A DNA stretch of 56,674 bases. Origin: a virus. Its lineage: Duplodnaviria; Caudoviricetes. Shown here in pieces: positions 8,257 to 18,057 of this stretch; within the stretch, counting starts at the first letter, position 1, and every line of letters starts with the position of its first letter. Location: positions 1 to 56,674 of IMG/VR virus record IMGVR_UViG_3300020686_000001; one strand, 5' to 3'. Below the pieces are notes generated by a model that did not search any database, had not been told where the DNA came from, and saw nothing but the letters and a program-made list of their open reading frames with translations. Made by a program: the position numbers and the translations under genes.

Positions 8257-8571
8257 ATGTTGATGCAAACCAAAACCGCTTCAGTTGATTTACTCGGTAC
8301 TTTACAAGCTCAAATCGCTGAATTAGAAGCACAAGCAGAAGCAATCAAAAACGCTCTTAAAGATGAGTGCTCTCTTCAAGATGTTGATGCCAAAGGCAAT
8401 CAGCGTTTAGATGTAGAAGGTTCTATGTTCAAGGCTGTATGCACATCTACACAGCGTTCCACAGTTGATACCAAATCTTTGTATGAAGCTTTCGGCATTA
8501 CCGAAGAAGTTTTGGCTAATTACAAAAAAGCTCCTGTTGCTGTTTATACAGTTAAAGTAACCTCACGCTAA
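8257..8571 (+). CDS. Conserved phage hypothetical protein (coiled-coil N-terminus)
   Basis: VDLLGTLQAQIAELE..AEAIK; own promoter and strong RBS. Confidence 0.8.
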   Translation: MLMQTKTASVDLLGTLQAQIAELEAQAEAIKNALKDECSLQDVDAKGNQRLDVEGSMFKAVCTSTQRSTVDTKSLYEAFGITEEVLANYKKAPVAVYTVKVTSR

Positions 8572-8579
8572 GAAAGGAT

Positions 8580-8592
8580 GCCCCTACGGGGC
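8580..8592 (+). terminator. GC hairpin after gene 8257-8571
   Basis: GCCCC-TAC-GGGGC. Confidence 0.5.
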
Positions 8593-8597
8593 TAATC

Positions 8598-8768
8598 ATG
8601 AAAATTACCCATGTAACGCCTAACGGCACAACCATAGATGATGCAGATGTATTTGCTATTCGCTTATTCATCTTCACTGAAACTAATGGCGAGTGCAGCT
8701 TGCCAATCAATAGCATTTTGAAATTAGTAGATATTTTTGAACAACTCAACGACAGGGAGACAGCATGA
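8598..8768 (+). CDS. Small hypothetical protein (56 aa)
   Basis: MKITHVTPNG...DRETA*; ATGA overlap with next gene. Confidence 0.55.
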   Translation: MKITHVTPNGTTIDDADVFAIRLFIFTETNGECSLPINSILKLVDIFEQLNDRETA

Positions 8769-8866
8769 AACTTCAATTTAACCGCAAAGCATATTTTCCA
8801 TATTTCTTTGTAGCAGACCTTATTTTGTACGCTACTTTGATTTGGTTAGCTACAAGATTCATATGA
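8765..8866 (+). CDS. Small membrane peptide (33 aa)
   Basis: MKLQFNRKAYFPYFFVADLILYATLIWLATRFI; ATGA overlaps on both sides. Confidence 0.5.
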   Translation: MKLQFNRKAYFPYFFVADLILYATLIWLATRFI

Positions 8867-9066
8867 AATTACATAAACACTTTAAACTCATCGTCTTATG
8901 GGCGGTGGGTTTTACCATTCAAGAAAAATATTCTTGGTACAAGGATTGGGTTGATATTGATGGTTGGACACCACCATTTGATGATCCAGATTGTTTATTA
9001 AGAATTAAAGATGAAAATCAATTTGAAGGAGTTGATATTGATGCTATCCATAGGAAACAATCATGA
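8863..9066 (+). CDS. Hypothetical protein
   Basis: HKH..LI..WA.G..IQ motif; start MKLHKH. Confidence 0.6.
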   Translation: MKLHKHFKLIVLWAVGFTIQEKYSWYKDWVDIDGWTPPFDDPDCLLRIKDENQFEGVDIDAIHRKQS

Positions 9067-9138
9067 ATGAAAAACAAAAAAAAGTAACAGACCAATATCG
9101 TTCTAATTGGGATGAGATTTTTAAAAAGAAAGGCAGCA

Positions 9139-9306
9139 ATGGATTTGCGGAAAGAAGTAGCGAAAGCAGAGAGAAAAGTTTTGGGAAGGAGGTTTTGTCA
9201 GAAGTGCCAAAAGATGAAAACTGATGGTGAAATGATTTCAGCAGGCAAAGTAAGACGCTGGGAATGTTTGGATTGTATTTCTTTTAAAAAGGTAAAGAGA
9301 ATATGA
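9139..9306 (+). CDS. Small zinc-ribbon protein
   Basis: CQKC...RRWECLDC. Confidence 0.6.
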   Translation: MDLRKEVAKAERKVLGRRFCQKCQKMKTDGEMISAGKVRRWECLDCISFKKVKRI

Positions 9307-9449
9307 AAAAAGCAGTTAGCGGTAAAGAGCAAATAAAGTTAATGCATAAATTTGAAAAAATTTATCAACCAAAGCCTCATCCAATGCAATCCCGTATTGA
9401 TGAGTTTAGAAGAGTTCCATCACTTGTAACGGGGGCTAAGTATGATTAA
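9303..9449 (+). CDS. Small hypothetical protein (48 aa)
   Basis: MKKAVSGK...FRRVPSLVTGAKYD; overlaps neighbours. Confidence 0.5.
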   Translation: MKKAVSGKEQIKLMHKFEKIYQPKPHPMQSRIDEFRRVPSLVTGAKYD

Positions 9450-9645
9450 GATTCAAAAAGATGTAGTTTTGCAACATTTAAGAAAGCATAAGTCCATCAC
9501 TTCATGGGAAGCTATCAGCCTATATCGTATCACTAGATTGGCTGATGTAATCTTTAAATTGCGTTCCCTGTATGAGATTGTCAGCATCCCTGAAACCAAG
9601 GCAGGCAAGAATTGGGTTCGCTATGTTTTGATTAAGAAGCTATGA
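9442..9645 (+). CDS. Winged-helix DNA-binding protein
   Basis: Q...VL.HL....SITSWEAI..Y.ITRLA.VIF.LR. Confidence 0.75.
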   Translation: MIKIQKDVVLQHLRKHKSITSWEAISLYRITRLADVIFKLRSLYEIVSIPETKAGKNWVRYVLIKKL

Positions 9646-9875
9646 GCGTAAGGCAAAAAGCAAGAGAACTCAAAATACCTGAAGCAACCTTACGATGGCG
9701 CATAAAGCATGGATGGGATGAAAAGGATTGGGGATATAGAAAGCCTACCATTCAAAAAGGATTAAAGCGTTGCACTGTTTGTAAGGTTGTTAAGGCTCAA
9801 TTCCTATTCTATAAAAGAAAAGGTCGTAATGGATTTATCAGTCGTTGTAAAGAATGTGCAAAAAAAGCCCCCTAA
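9642..9875 (+). CDS. HTH plus zinc-finger protein
   Basis: ARELKIPEATLRWRIKHGW; CTVC...CKEC. Confidence 0.6.
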   Translation: MSVRQKARELKIPEATLRWRIKHGWDEKDWGYRKPTIQKGLKRCTVCKVVKAQFLFYKRKGRNGFISRCKECAKKAP

Positions 9876-9888
9876 AGAGGGGGCAAAA
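9860..9888 (-). terminator. Intrinsic terminator between the convergent arms
   Basis: GCCCCCT-AAAG-AGGGGGC with a T-tract on the minus strand. Confidence 0.8.
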
Positions 9889-9907
9889 TTCCTCACGAAG
9901 GAATGGA

Positions 9908-11671
9908 TTATGGAGATTCATTAGACTGAGAAGACAATGCACTACCAACTTGTGATAGAGCGCCTGAAACTGCAGGCTGTGTTGCTTTAACAGCTTCAGG
10001 TCGCTCTCCTGTTGCAACAGTGTTTATCAGTTTTCTTGACAATGGGTTGTAAACAGCGCCTGTCATAAGAGCAGGAATAGCAAGCCCCGGCAAACCTCCT
10101 GCAGCGCCTGTAGTTCCATGAGCAGCTAAATCTGTCAAAGCTCCCATTACACCAACACGACCTGCAGTTCCGCTATCAGGAACAGCTTTCCCAAGAACAT
10201 CTTGAATGTCTTGAGCTTCTGACATCATTCTGCCTGAACTAGAACCTTTTTGAGCCGCTGTAGACATTCCACGAGCAGATGCCAATAGTTGAGCAGGATT
10301 AAATACATTTCTATTTGATACAGCTCCTGCGCTTCCTGAAGCTTTGTTAATACGCAAATAGTCTTTAAAGAAATCATGAATACCATGCAACTCTTTAGCA
10401 TGAGCAGGATTAATTTCAGCTAATTCTTTACGCAATCCTTGCTGAAAGTCTAAAAGAGCATATCCAACGCCACGCTCACTAGCAGAAGTGCTTGTGCTTA
10501 ATCTGTGAGCAATAGTACCAATTGTGCTTTCAATGTCTCTGAATTGATGACCACTTAGCTCATAATTTGAACCTTCTCCAATCAAAGGCTCAAAAAACTT
10601 ATCTTTAACAATGCTGTTGAAAGTTTCCCTTTCAGCAGGAGTTAAATTTTTAGTAGCTGCAAGAGAAACTTGAGTCAAGTTGGGAATGGTATTTTTTGTA
10701 GGAATGAAATGAATTTTGTCGGCAATATTGTCATAAGATTCATTAACTTTATTTTGAAGATGCTCCATCATGTCTGTACCAGCCTTAACATCTTTAGGAA
10801 GCTTTTCACCAATATGAGACAAAGCTTTGTTTGCCACTGATTTATTCATTTCTTGGTTGACATTTTCAAGCTCTTTATTAATCAACCATCCCGAAATAGG
10901 CAAACTTGTGAGCTTCTTTTCAAACTCAGGAAAACCTAATAATTGCCCCGGTGTAAGGTTCTTCATGCCAAAGTCTTTAAGCATTTGAACCTTTTCAGCA
11001 ACTCTAGGATTTAAAACTGCTTGACTGAGTTTTCCTAAACTACCACCGACAACAGCGCCTGTACCTGTGTTTAAAAGCTTTTCTCCCAGCATATCAGAAT
11101 AGCTTTGATTTTGGTTTTCAGGAGTTGTAACAGGAGCTAAAGCAGATTGTCCTGCACCCATAGATGCGTATTTGGCAAATGGAGAAGCTTTGGCAACCTT
11201 TTGAGCAAAATCAGCAATTTTTGGAAGATATTGAGCGTTTGAAAGATATTGAGCTACCTGTGGGACTTCTGAAATAGCTCTAGTTGTAGCGCCAATGGGC
11301 AATACTTGACCCGTTACATCTAAAGCCTTTGCAGCTCCTGAGCTTGGTCCTTCTTCAAAACGCTTAGAAAGACGATTTAAGACTTCTGCAGGAGCAGTGA
11401 TGCCACCATATTCCGCTAAACCTGCAAATGGCTTCATAGCCCCTATAGCAAGCTGTGCGGTTGGATGTGGGTGTTGAAATAGCTCAGCAGGTAAATTCTC
11501 AACAACTTTGTCTGCAAAATTAAGCTTTTGTGGAGCTTTTACATTTTTGATTTCAGGAACAGGCTCATTACTGTCCCATTCGCTACCAGATATGGGAGTA
11601 GCCCCCTTGGGCAAAGGTGGCAAATTACTATTAAGTGGAACAGCGCCTTCAGGGGGTGGAGGTAAACTCAT
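9908..11671 (-). CDS. Putative internal virion / DNA-ejection protein
   Basis: Last late gene; Ala/Gly-rich helical; LTPGQ and VPDSGTAGR motifs; start MSLPPP. Confidence 0.6.
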   Translation of the reverse strand: MSLPPPPEGAVPLNSNLPPLPKGATPISGSEWDSNEPVPEIKNVKAPQKLNFADKVVENLPAELFQHPHPTAQLAIGAMKPFAGLAEYGGITAPAEVLNRLSKRFEEGPSSGAAKALDVTGQVLPIGATTRAISEVPQVAQYLSNAQYLPKIADFAQKVAKASPFAKYASMGAGQSALAPVTTPENQNQSYSDMLGEKLLNTGTGAVVGGSLGKLSQAVLNPRVAEKVQMLKDFGMKNLTPGQLLGFPEFEKKLTSLPISGWLINKELENVNQEMNKSVANKALSHIGEKLPKDVKAGTDMMEHLQNKVNESYDNIADKIHFIPTKNTIPNLTQVSLAATKNLTPAERETFNSIVKDKFFEPLIGEGSNYELSGHQFRDIESTIGTIAHRLSTSTSASERGVGYALLDFQQGLRKELAEINPAHAKELHGIHDFFKDYLRINKASGSAGAVSNRNVFNPAQLLASARGMSTAAQKGSSSGRMMSEAQDIQDVLGKAVPDSGTAGRVGVMGALTDLAAHGTTGAAGGLPGLAIPALMTGAVYNPLSRKLINTVATGERPEAVKATQPAVSGALSQVGSALSSQSNESP

Positions 11672-12921
11672 TTGACAGCCTCGCCAGTATCTTGATAAAC
11701 CCAACCAGTATTGTTTGAATTAGGAATAATTACCCTGTTATTCAAAATATGTGCGCTTGGATGAGGAGCAGAATTTTGTGGGGCAGGATTGTTATTTCCA
11801 TAAGAAGATGCCAATTTAGTAGCTCTTATTTTGGCTTTCTCCAATGTCTCATTAATTAAGTTCAAGTTGTAATCAAACTCTTTCTTAGACATATTTGGAT
11901 TAATCTTAGCAATTGCGTCAGTAATTTTATTGCCTTCAGCATTTGATAGTGCGCCCAATCCACGCATAGATTGAACATTATTCAAGAATGTGCCTGATTT
12001 AAGTTGGTCTATCTGTTCTCTAAAATTGTATACATCAGTGCCGGGAATCATTTTTCTTGGATCAAGAGCCATACCAAGACCATTTTCTCTTCCCGGATGA
12101 TTTTTAATTTTTTCAATTGTTTGTTGTACAGATTCAGCAGAAGCAATAGCCTGATCCCGAACATTTTCAGCTTTTCCTTGTTGTTCACGCTGAGTTTGTT
12201 CATACATCATCTTTTTAAGGTCAAAACCTTGCTGAGCAAGCATGGCTGAAATCTGTTTGGTAGCCATCTTATCGTTGCTTGTTGTGTAAAGCTGAAGCAT
12301 TTGCTGACCTAATGCATTGGCTTTTTCTTCATCAATCTCGCCATTTTTATATTTGCTTTGCAAGACTTTTGCTTGACCTGAAATTACTGGATCATCTACA
12401 GCAGTCAAAACATCAAATGGGGTTGATTCAGCGTTAGCTGTACCATTAATCAAAGACCTGATTCTTGGTGCATTTTTAGCAATTTCAACAACATCTTTAA
12501 TTCCATTTGGAGATAAAGAAGCAATATTAGCAATTGCTTTCTTATCTGTAGGATTAGAAATAAAATCGTTAGTAGCTTGTTTTAATGCCGTTTTTTCTGC
12601 TAATTGAAGATTTTGGCTTGCAACTTGCGCTCTCATTTGAATAAGACTTGGCAATTGCGCTTCATTAGCTTGTTGTTGTTTTCCAAGCTCTTCAGCAAAA
12701 TTGCCAGCAGATTCACCAAAACTACCTGTGCGAGTAGGCTTCAATAAAGCACCAGTAGCTGCCCACCAATTTGTAGATGGGTTAATTCTTTGCATTAATG
12801 CATCAGAAGCGGCTTTGTTAGCAAGGCTGAATTCATTCCTAGCATCTCCAACAGAATCTAAATATGATGGAGATGATTGTTGATTATCTGAAGAATCATC
12901 TGTAATTGTAGGTAGTGCCAT
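11668..12921 (-). CDS. Putative internal virion / ejection protein
   Basis: Q/A-rich helical; GLGALSNAEG motif seen in DNA-transfer proteins. Confidence 0.6.
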   Translation of the reverse strand: MALPTITDDSSDNQQSSPSYLDSVGDARNEFSLANKAASDALMQRINPSTNWWAATGALLKPTRTGSFGESAGNFAEELGKQQQANEAQLPSLIQMRAQVASQNLQLAEKTALKQATNDFISNPTDKKAIANIASLSPNGIKDVVEIAKNAPRIRSLINGTANAESTPFDVLTAVDDPVISGQAKVLQSKYKNGEIDEEKANALGQQMLQLYTTSNDKMATKQISAMLAQQGFDLKKMMYEQTQREQQGKAENVRDQAIASAESVQQTIEKIKNHPGRENGLGMALDPRKMIPGTDVYNFREQIDQLKSGTFLNNVQSMRGLGALSNAEGNKITDAIAKINPNMSKKEFDYNLNLINETLEKAKIRATKLASSYGNNNPAPQNSAPHPSAHILNNRVIIPNSNNTGWVYQDTGEAVK

Positions 12922-12931
12922 AATTTATTCC

Positions 12932-14542
12932 TTAAGGTCCAACATAATCTGGGCTACTAAAGTCAATAGGATTGTTTACAACACTACCGCCACCTGTACC
13001 ATATGTTGGATCTGTATAAACATTTCCATCTTGTCCTAATATTTGACCTGCACCTGCACCGCCATTAGCACCAGTTCCTTGAACAGGTGCTCCCCAACTT
13101 GGATCTACAGGTAATGCTACAGTTGTTTTTCCTTGATTAGCAGCATCAATTGCAGCTTGGCATTTGCTATTTGATGAAATTGATACACCATTAATTAACT
13201 TTCCTAATCCTGTAGCAAGCGCTCCACCAAGTGTTCCGCAAGATGTTTTTGCATTCATAAGTGCTGCTGCTGTTGTTCCAAGGGCTGAAATTTGAGCCAA
13301 TGGCGATGTAGCATAAGCACCGGGGATTGGTCCAGTATAAGTAGATGAAGTAGCTGTAGGAATGGTGTAACCACGCAATAAAGCAGACTCGTTTGTAAGT
13401 TGTTGCATTGGGTAACATTGAGCGTTTTGAGCAATTGTTTGCTTTTGTTGACCCAATGTAGCCAAAGCATTTGTGCAAGCAATACCAAGACCTGAAGTAG
13501 TTTTAGCTTGGCAAGTAAGTTGAGCGCCTGCTTGAAGCTGTAATTGCTCTTGTGCTTTTGCAGCACATAGCGCTTGACTGTAACCTTTTTGCAGAGCACA
13601 AGCCTGTTGAGCAGTAATTCCAAGACCTGCATTAGCTAAAGTTTGCCCTAATGCTTGAGCACCACGAGCTGAGCCAAATTGACCTGCGCCTACAATACCT
13701 GCAGTGGCTTGTGGGGCAATATTTTGAGCAATATTAGCTTCGCCAAGGTTTCCAATAGCATTAACTACACATTTTGTGTAAGGACTCATATAGCTTTGAG
13801 CTAATTGAGAAATGCAAGAATTAGCCACGCCTTTAGCAGTATTAATACCTGCATTTAATGTAGGTTGATAATTTCCTGCATTGTTAGCAACTTGATTAAA
13901 AGCTTGATTTTGTAAATCAGTAGCTCCAACATATTGAGCACCTTGAGCAGCAGCAGTTCCTGATTTAGCAATATTATTAAGATAACATGTATAGAACTGT
14001 GGAGCAGCAGTTGTAGCACTTTGAGTAGTGGTAATGTTAGGTAAAGCACCACCTTGGGTTAAAGTGCCTTGTGTGCTAGATCCTGCTGTAACGCCTAAAT
14101 TAGGAGCTACTGCACCCTGAGCTGTTCCTGTAGGAGCATATGTTGATAATGGATTTGGTGTTAAATTAGGCGATGTATTAGCTAAATTAGGCGATAAAGA
14201 TCCTGCACCCATTGATCCTACTGATGTAGGGGCAGCATTTGTTGCATAAGGATTAGCTTGTGGTGTTGTATAGCAATCTCCAATAAAACCTGTGGGCAGG
14301 GCTGATTGTTGCATTCCAGCATTGCAAACTTGAGGTGATTGAATAGGTTGACCTACTTGGCTTAAATATTGTTGATAGCTATTCCCCATGACTTTAGATG
14401 CAGGACTATTAGCCCACTGCTCCTGCGTCATTGCAGGACCTTGATTAGAATAACAAGTCGAAGGGGCAACTGCATTTGGAATTGTAGCTACTGGAGATGT
14501 AGTATTTCCCATACAGGAAGCGGATAAATTTGGTAATGCCAT
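12932..14542 (-). CDS. Putative ejection (pilot-like) protein, Cys-studded
   Basis: Q/A/G-rich; YMSPY...AGQFGSARG motif; 14 isolated Cys. Confidence 0.6.
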   Translation of the reverse strand: MALPNLSASCMGNTTSPVATIPNAVAPSTCYSNQGPAMTQEQWANSPASKVMGNSYQQYLSQVGQPIQSPQVCNAGMQQSALPTGFIGDCYTTPQANPYATNAAPTSVGSMGAGSLSPNLANTSPNLTPNPLSTYAPTGTAQGAVAPNLGVTAGSSTQGTLTQGGALPNITTTQSATTAAPQFYTCYLNNIAKSGTAAAQGAQYVGATDLQNQAFNQVANNAGNYQPTLNAGINTAKGVANSCISQLAQSYMSPYTKCVVNAIGNLGEANIAQNIAPQATAGIVGAGQFGSARGAQALGQTLANAGLGITAQQACALQKGYSQALCAAKAQEQLQLQAGAQLTCQAKTTSGLGIACTNALATLGQQKQTIAQNAQCYPMQQLTNESALLRGYTIPTATSSTYTGPIPGAYATSPLAQISALGTTAAALMNAKTSCGTLGGALATGLGKLINGVSISSNSKCQAAIDAANQGKTTVALPVDPSWGAPVQGTGANGGAGAGQILGQDGNVYTDPTYGTGGGSVVNNPIDFSSPDYVGP

Positions 14543-14544
14543 AA

Positions 14545-17500
14545 TTAACCTTTCGAGTGCCGTTTTAAGGCTTCTTTCATATATTGTAAAGGAGAAGCCT
14601 TTGGAGGGATACTATGATTTGGGGCTGAACGCTTATGCTCCCGTAGCGCTTCTCTAAAATGGTCTAGGAGTTTAGCCCCAGCATCGCTTGAACCATTTCC
14701 CAAAGCAGCCACAGTATCAGCGTCAAAAACATACTCACCATCAGCCAGCATAGCAGGAATATCATCAGATTGACCATCCCCTTTTCCTTTTACATAATGT
14801 CCTGTAGCTCCTGTAATAAATTCAGGAATATGCTCAGTTTCCCCATGTCTTTCTAAAATAGCATCCCTGCTACCACCCTCTCTAGCTACAGGAATATTGG
14901 GGGTTGGATCGTTTTCATTCATAGCAGCTAAAGATGTCTGATACAGAGGAGAGTTTGGGTTTGTATTTGCAGATGCCTGTGGTTGAGCGCCAACTAGATT
15001 TGATGGTTCTTCAGATGCAGAAGTAGCCCCTAAATTGATTCCTAAAGCTTGAAGGATTCTAGGGTCTAATTGCTGTAATTTCTTTAAAATTTGAGAATTT
15101 GAGTTATACACAGGTGCTCCTGCTAAAGATTGGCTTGTTAATGGGGTTGGCAAAGCTCCTTTTGAGCTATTGCATACAACTTGTGGTGTTGATGTAGGTG
15201 TGCAAGTAGTCTTAGTTGTCGTTGTAGTTCCACCTGTAGTTCCACCTGTAGTTCCACCTGAACTTGGAGCAACAACAACTGTTCCACCTGATGTATCTGT
15301 GGGAGTTGTAACAGGTGTAGTTTCTGTACCATTTCCACCTGAACCACCTGCGCCTGAACCATCTCCTGAAACAATTCCATTGCCACCTGATCCATCACTA
15401 CCTGTTGATGGATTTACAACAGGCAAAGCCCCCGTTCCACCGCCAGAACCTTCAGTAGGGGATGGATTTACAACAGGTAAAGCACCTGTTCCACCACTTG
15501 TTCCACTGCTTGGAGTAGGATTGGTTGCAGGTGGTTGCTCAGAAGGAGTTGGTGTAGCTCCACCACCGCCACTTGTTCCACCGCTTGGATTTTCAGGTAA
15601 AGGTAAATCAGGAACTATAGTATTGTCAGGCGTTGAAACTGGTGGCACATAAGGAGTTCCATCTTCATTTACAGGCTGACCATCAGCATTTACATAACCC
15701 GTTGGGCTAGATGTTGAATCATAAACTTCTGATCCTGCAGGTGTTTGAATAGTCGTATTGTTATTTATATCTTCAGGAGCACCAGTTATTGATACATTTC
15801 CACTTGGAGAAACATATCCAATATTATTATTAGATGCACTTTGAGTGCCAGTTCCAACAGCATTTGAAGCATCATTTTGACCCTGTTGAATAGCATTTAG
15901 CTCTGCATTGGTAAATCCTGAATTATTTCCTGAAACACTTCCATTACCACCTGATCCATCACCACTTGTCGATGGGTTTACAACAGGTAAAGCTCCTGTA
16001 GTAGGATTGCAAACAACTTTAGACGCTTGATGGCTATCTAAATATGCTTGATAATTGGTATTATTATTTATGCCAAGAGCACTAGCATTATTAAAATCTT
16101 GTAGATTTGTAAATCCTTCATTTATTGCTGTGGAGTAAGTATTACCACAAGAAAAACCAGCAGCTTTTGCATCATTGTATGTTTTAGCATCAGGAAATCC
16201 AGAAGACATTGCAACTTTATAATCACAAGTATTTGAAAATCCTGATTTATTAGCAGCTATTTCATTTATGCTATTGATATAGGCATTACTTATCTTACAA
16301 TTACTTAATCCACCTGCAGTCAAGTCACCATTATTAATTTTGCTTAAATTTGCAAGGTCATTAGTAAGTTTGCTGTATGAGCACTGAAAAGCAGTTTCTG
16401 ATGAAGTATATTTGCTAAGTTGGCATTTTAATGCAGAATTATTTGATTGATAATCATTTTGTAATGATTTTATGTCAATAGAATTTGCTGATGATGCACT
16501 TTGTTGTGCTTTTTGCAATAGTGGTGTAATTTGATTGTTATATATACAAGTTAATTGGTTATTATCTTGATAAAATGTTGCAATATCAGAATTATATTTT
16601 GGTATAAGTTGATTTAATTGATTTGCATACATATTTGCATAATTCAAATAACAAGTATTCCAAGGGTTTTGATTATATGCATTAGAATATACATTGTATG
16701 CAGATAGAGTTTGGTTGTACGCATTATCATCCTGTTTGATGATACATTGGTAAGCACTAACTTGATTTCTTAAATTAGAAAAAGGACTACATAATCCTAC
16801 TGCATTGTTATAATTTTGATTATCTATTTTTGCTTGATTATATGTTGAAAGCGCATCATTTAGCGATGTTTGTGATTCAAGTGCTTTGTTGTATGTGCAA
16901 TTTAATGATTTAATTTCACAAGATAGACTATTGTATTCACTTAGAACATTGGGTTGTAATGATGAAATATCAGATGTAATTGAGCCAGTTTCTTGAGATA
17001 AAAGTTTTCCAATATCTGTATTTGCAAAATCAGCACCAGTTAAATTTCCAAGATCAATTTTATTATTGATGTTTTGAAAATTATTGTAATTTTTAGCTTG
17101 TTCAGCTAATGCTGATAATCCGTTTTTTGCTTGACAAGCAATTTGTCCCATAAGAGCACCACCGCCACCAATCAATGCTCCAGATGCTATACATCCACCC
17201 TTTACTGCAGCGCCTAAAGCACCACTTCCAGCTCCTGTAATTAGATTTGATGCGTTAGATCCTAATGCTGGAGAAATAATACATTTTGCAGCATTTGATA
17301 ATTGTCCTAATCCTGTACTAAAGGCAGTATTGGTCAAAATAGTCATTGGGTCAGCACCAGAAGCTGCTGCCTTAGATGCTGTTACTAAAGCTTGTGCCAT
17401 TGGTTGCGCTACTGATGCAGACACAATTCCATTAGAGGTTAAATACGATGAAATGCTACTTACAGATGCGCCTGTTAAACCTCCCATTACAGCGCCAGCC

Positions 17501-18057
17501 AAAATAGCTTTAAGTGGATCTTGACCTGTTATAGCTGCTTTTACGCCACCTAATGTACCGCCTGTTAATGCTCCATTTCCTGCTGCAGTTAACATAGCTT
17601 GCACAGCAGGACTTAATGTTGAAGAAGCTCCTGCACCAACGCCACCAAAGGTTAATCCTGTTCCTGCAGCACCACCTAATCCACTTACACCCGTACTAAG
17701 AGCACCTGTTCCTGTAGTAAGACCTATACTTGATCCAGTAGCAGCTCCTGTGGTTGATCCACCTGCTAATATTGCATCTGCAGTAGGTGTTATGGATGCA
17801 CTTCCTGTTCCAGCTAAAGCAGATCCTCCTTCTACACCCAATGCTTCTGGTTCTAAATCAACAGTCCCAAGTGAAGCAGCTGTAAGAGCAACAGCTCCCA
17901 CCATAGCCCAACCACCGGGAATAACTTGATTTACAAATTTATCTACACTAGCACCAACTTTACCGATTGCAGCACCGGGGTCAATAGAGGCAAGTGTTGC
18001 AGATCCTTGTTGAACAATGCTACTAATACTTTGCGTATTTTTCGATACCCAACCCAC
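14545..18057 (-). CDS. Large putative ejection protein, Cys-studded, with C-terminal SDDIPAMLADGEYV domain
   Basis: GTG start; G/A-rich hydrophobic N-terminus, N/Q/Y coiled coil, P/G/T/S linker; 17 isolated Cys. Confidence 0.65.
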   Translation of the reverse strand: MGWVSKNTQSISSIVQQGSATLASIDPGAAIGKVGASVDKFVNQVIPGGWAMVGAVALTAASLGTVDLEPEALGVEGGSALAGTGSASITPTADAILAGGSTTGAATGSSIGLTTGTGALSTGVSGLGGAAGTGLTFGGVGAGASSTLSPAVQAMLTAAGNGALTGGTLGGVKAAITGQDPLKAILAGAVMGGLTGASVSSISSYLTSNGIVSASVAQPMAQALVTASKAAASGADPMTILTNTAFSTGLGQLSNAAKCIISPALGSNASNLITGAGSGALGAAVKGGCIASGALIGGGGALMGQIACQAKNGLSALAEQAKNYNNFQNINNKIDLGNLTGADFANTDIGKLLSQETGSITSDISSLQPNVLSEYNSLSCEIKSLNCTYNKALESQTSLNDALSTYNQAKIDNQNYNNAVGLCSPFSNLRNQVSAYQCIIKQDDNAYNQTLSAYNVYSNAYNQNPWNTCYLNYANMYANQLNQLIPKYNSDIATFYQDNNQLTCIYNNQITPLLQKAQQSASSANSIDIKSLQNDYQSNNSALKCQLSKYTSSETAFQCSYSKLTNDLANLSKINNGDLTAGGLSNCKISNAYINSINEIAANKSGFSNTCDYKVAMSSGFPDAKTYNDAKAAGFSCGNTYSTAINEGFTNLQDFNNASALGINNNTNYQAYLDSHQASKVVCNPTTGALPVVNPSTSGDGSGGNGSVSGNNSGFTNAELNAIQQGQNDASNAVGTGTQSASNNNIGYVSPSGNVSITGAPEDINNNTTIQTPAGSEVYDSTSSPTGYVNADGQPVNEDGTPYVPPVSTPDNTIVPDLPLPENPSGGTSGGGGATPTPSEQPPATNPTPSSGTSGGTGALPVVNPSPTEGSGGGTGALPVVNPSTGSDGSGGNGIVSGDGSGAGGSGGNGTETTPVTTPTDTSGGTVVVAPSSGGTTGGTTGGTTTTTKTTCTPTSTPQVVCNSSKGALPTPLTSQSLAGAPVYNSNSQILKKLQQLDPRILQALGINLGATSASEEPSNLVGAQPQASANTNPNSPLYQTSLAAMNENDPTPNIPVAREGGSRDAILERHGETEHIPEFITGATGHYVKGKGDGQSDDIPAMLADGEYVFDADTVAALGNGSSDAGAKLLDHFREALREHKRSAPNHSIPPKASPLQYMKEALKRHSKG
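15362..16000 (-). repeat. Intragenic repeats encoding GALPVVNPS (x3) and DGSGGNG.VSG (x2)
   Basis: Repeated peptide and DNA (e.g. ggatttacaacagg, ccacctgatccatcac). Confidence 0.75.

Noticed and set aside
9063-9224. Alternative ORF MNEKQKKVTDQYRSNWDEIF... overlapping 9139-9306
   Set aside because: Plausible, but it overlaps the zinc-ribbon ORF by 86 nt and I cannot decide from sequence alone, so it is not listed as a feature
15170-15652. 160-aa plus-strand ORF and other antisense ORFs in the late region (e.g. 37544-38071, 50389-50985)
   Set aside because: They are shadows of low-complexity minus-strand genes and have no recognisable motifs
12932-18057. Cys excess as genetic-code reassignment or sequencing error
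   Set aside because: TGY encodes normal CxxC motifs elsewhere in the genome, GAY to TGY needs two substitutions, and the effect is confined to two genes
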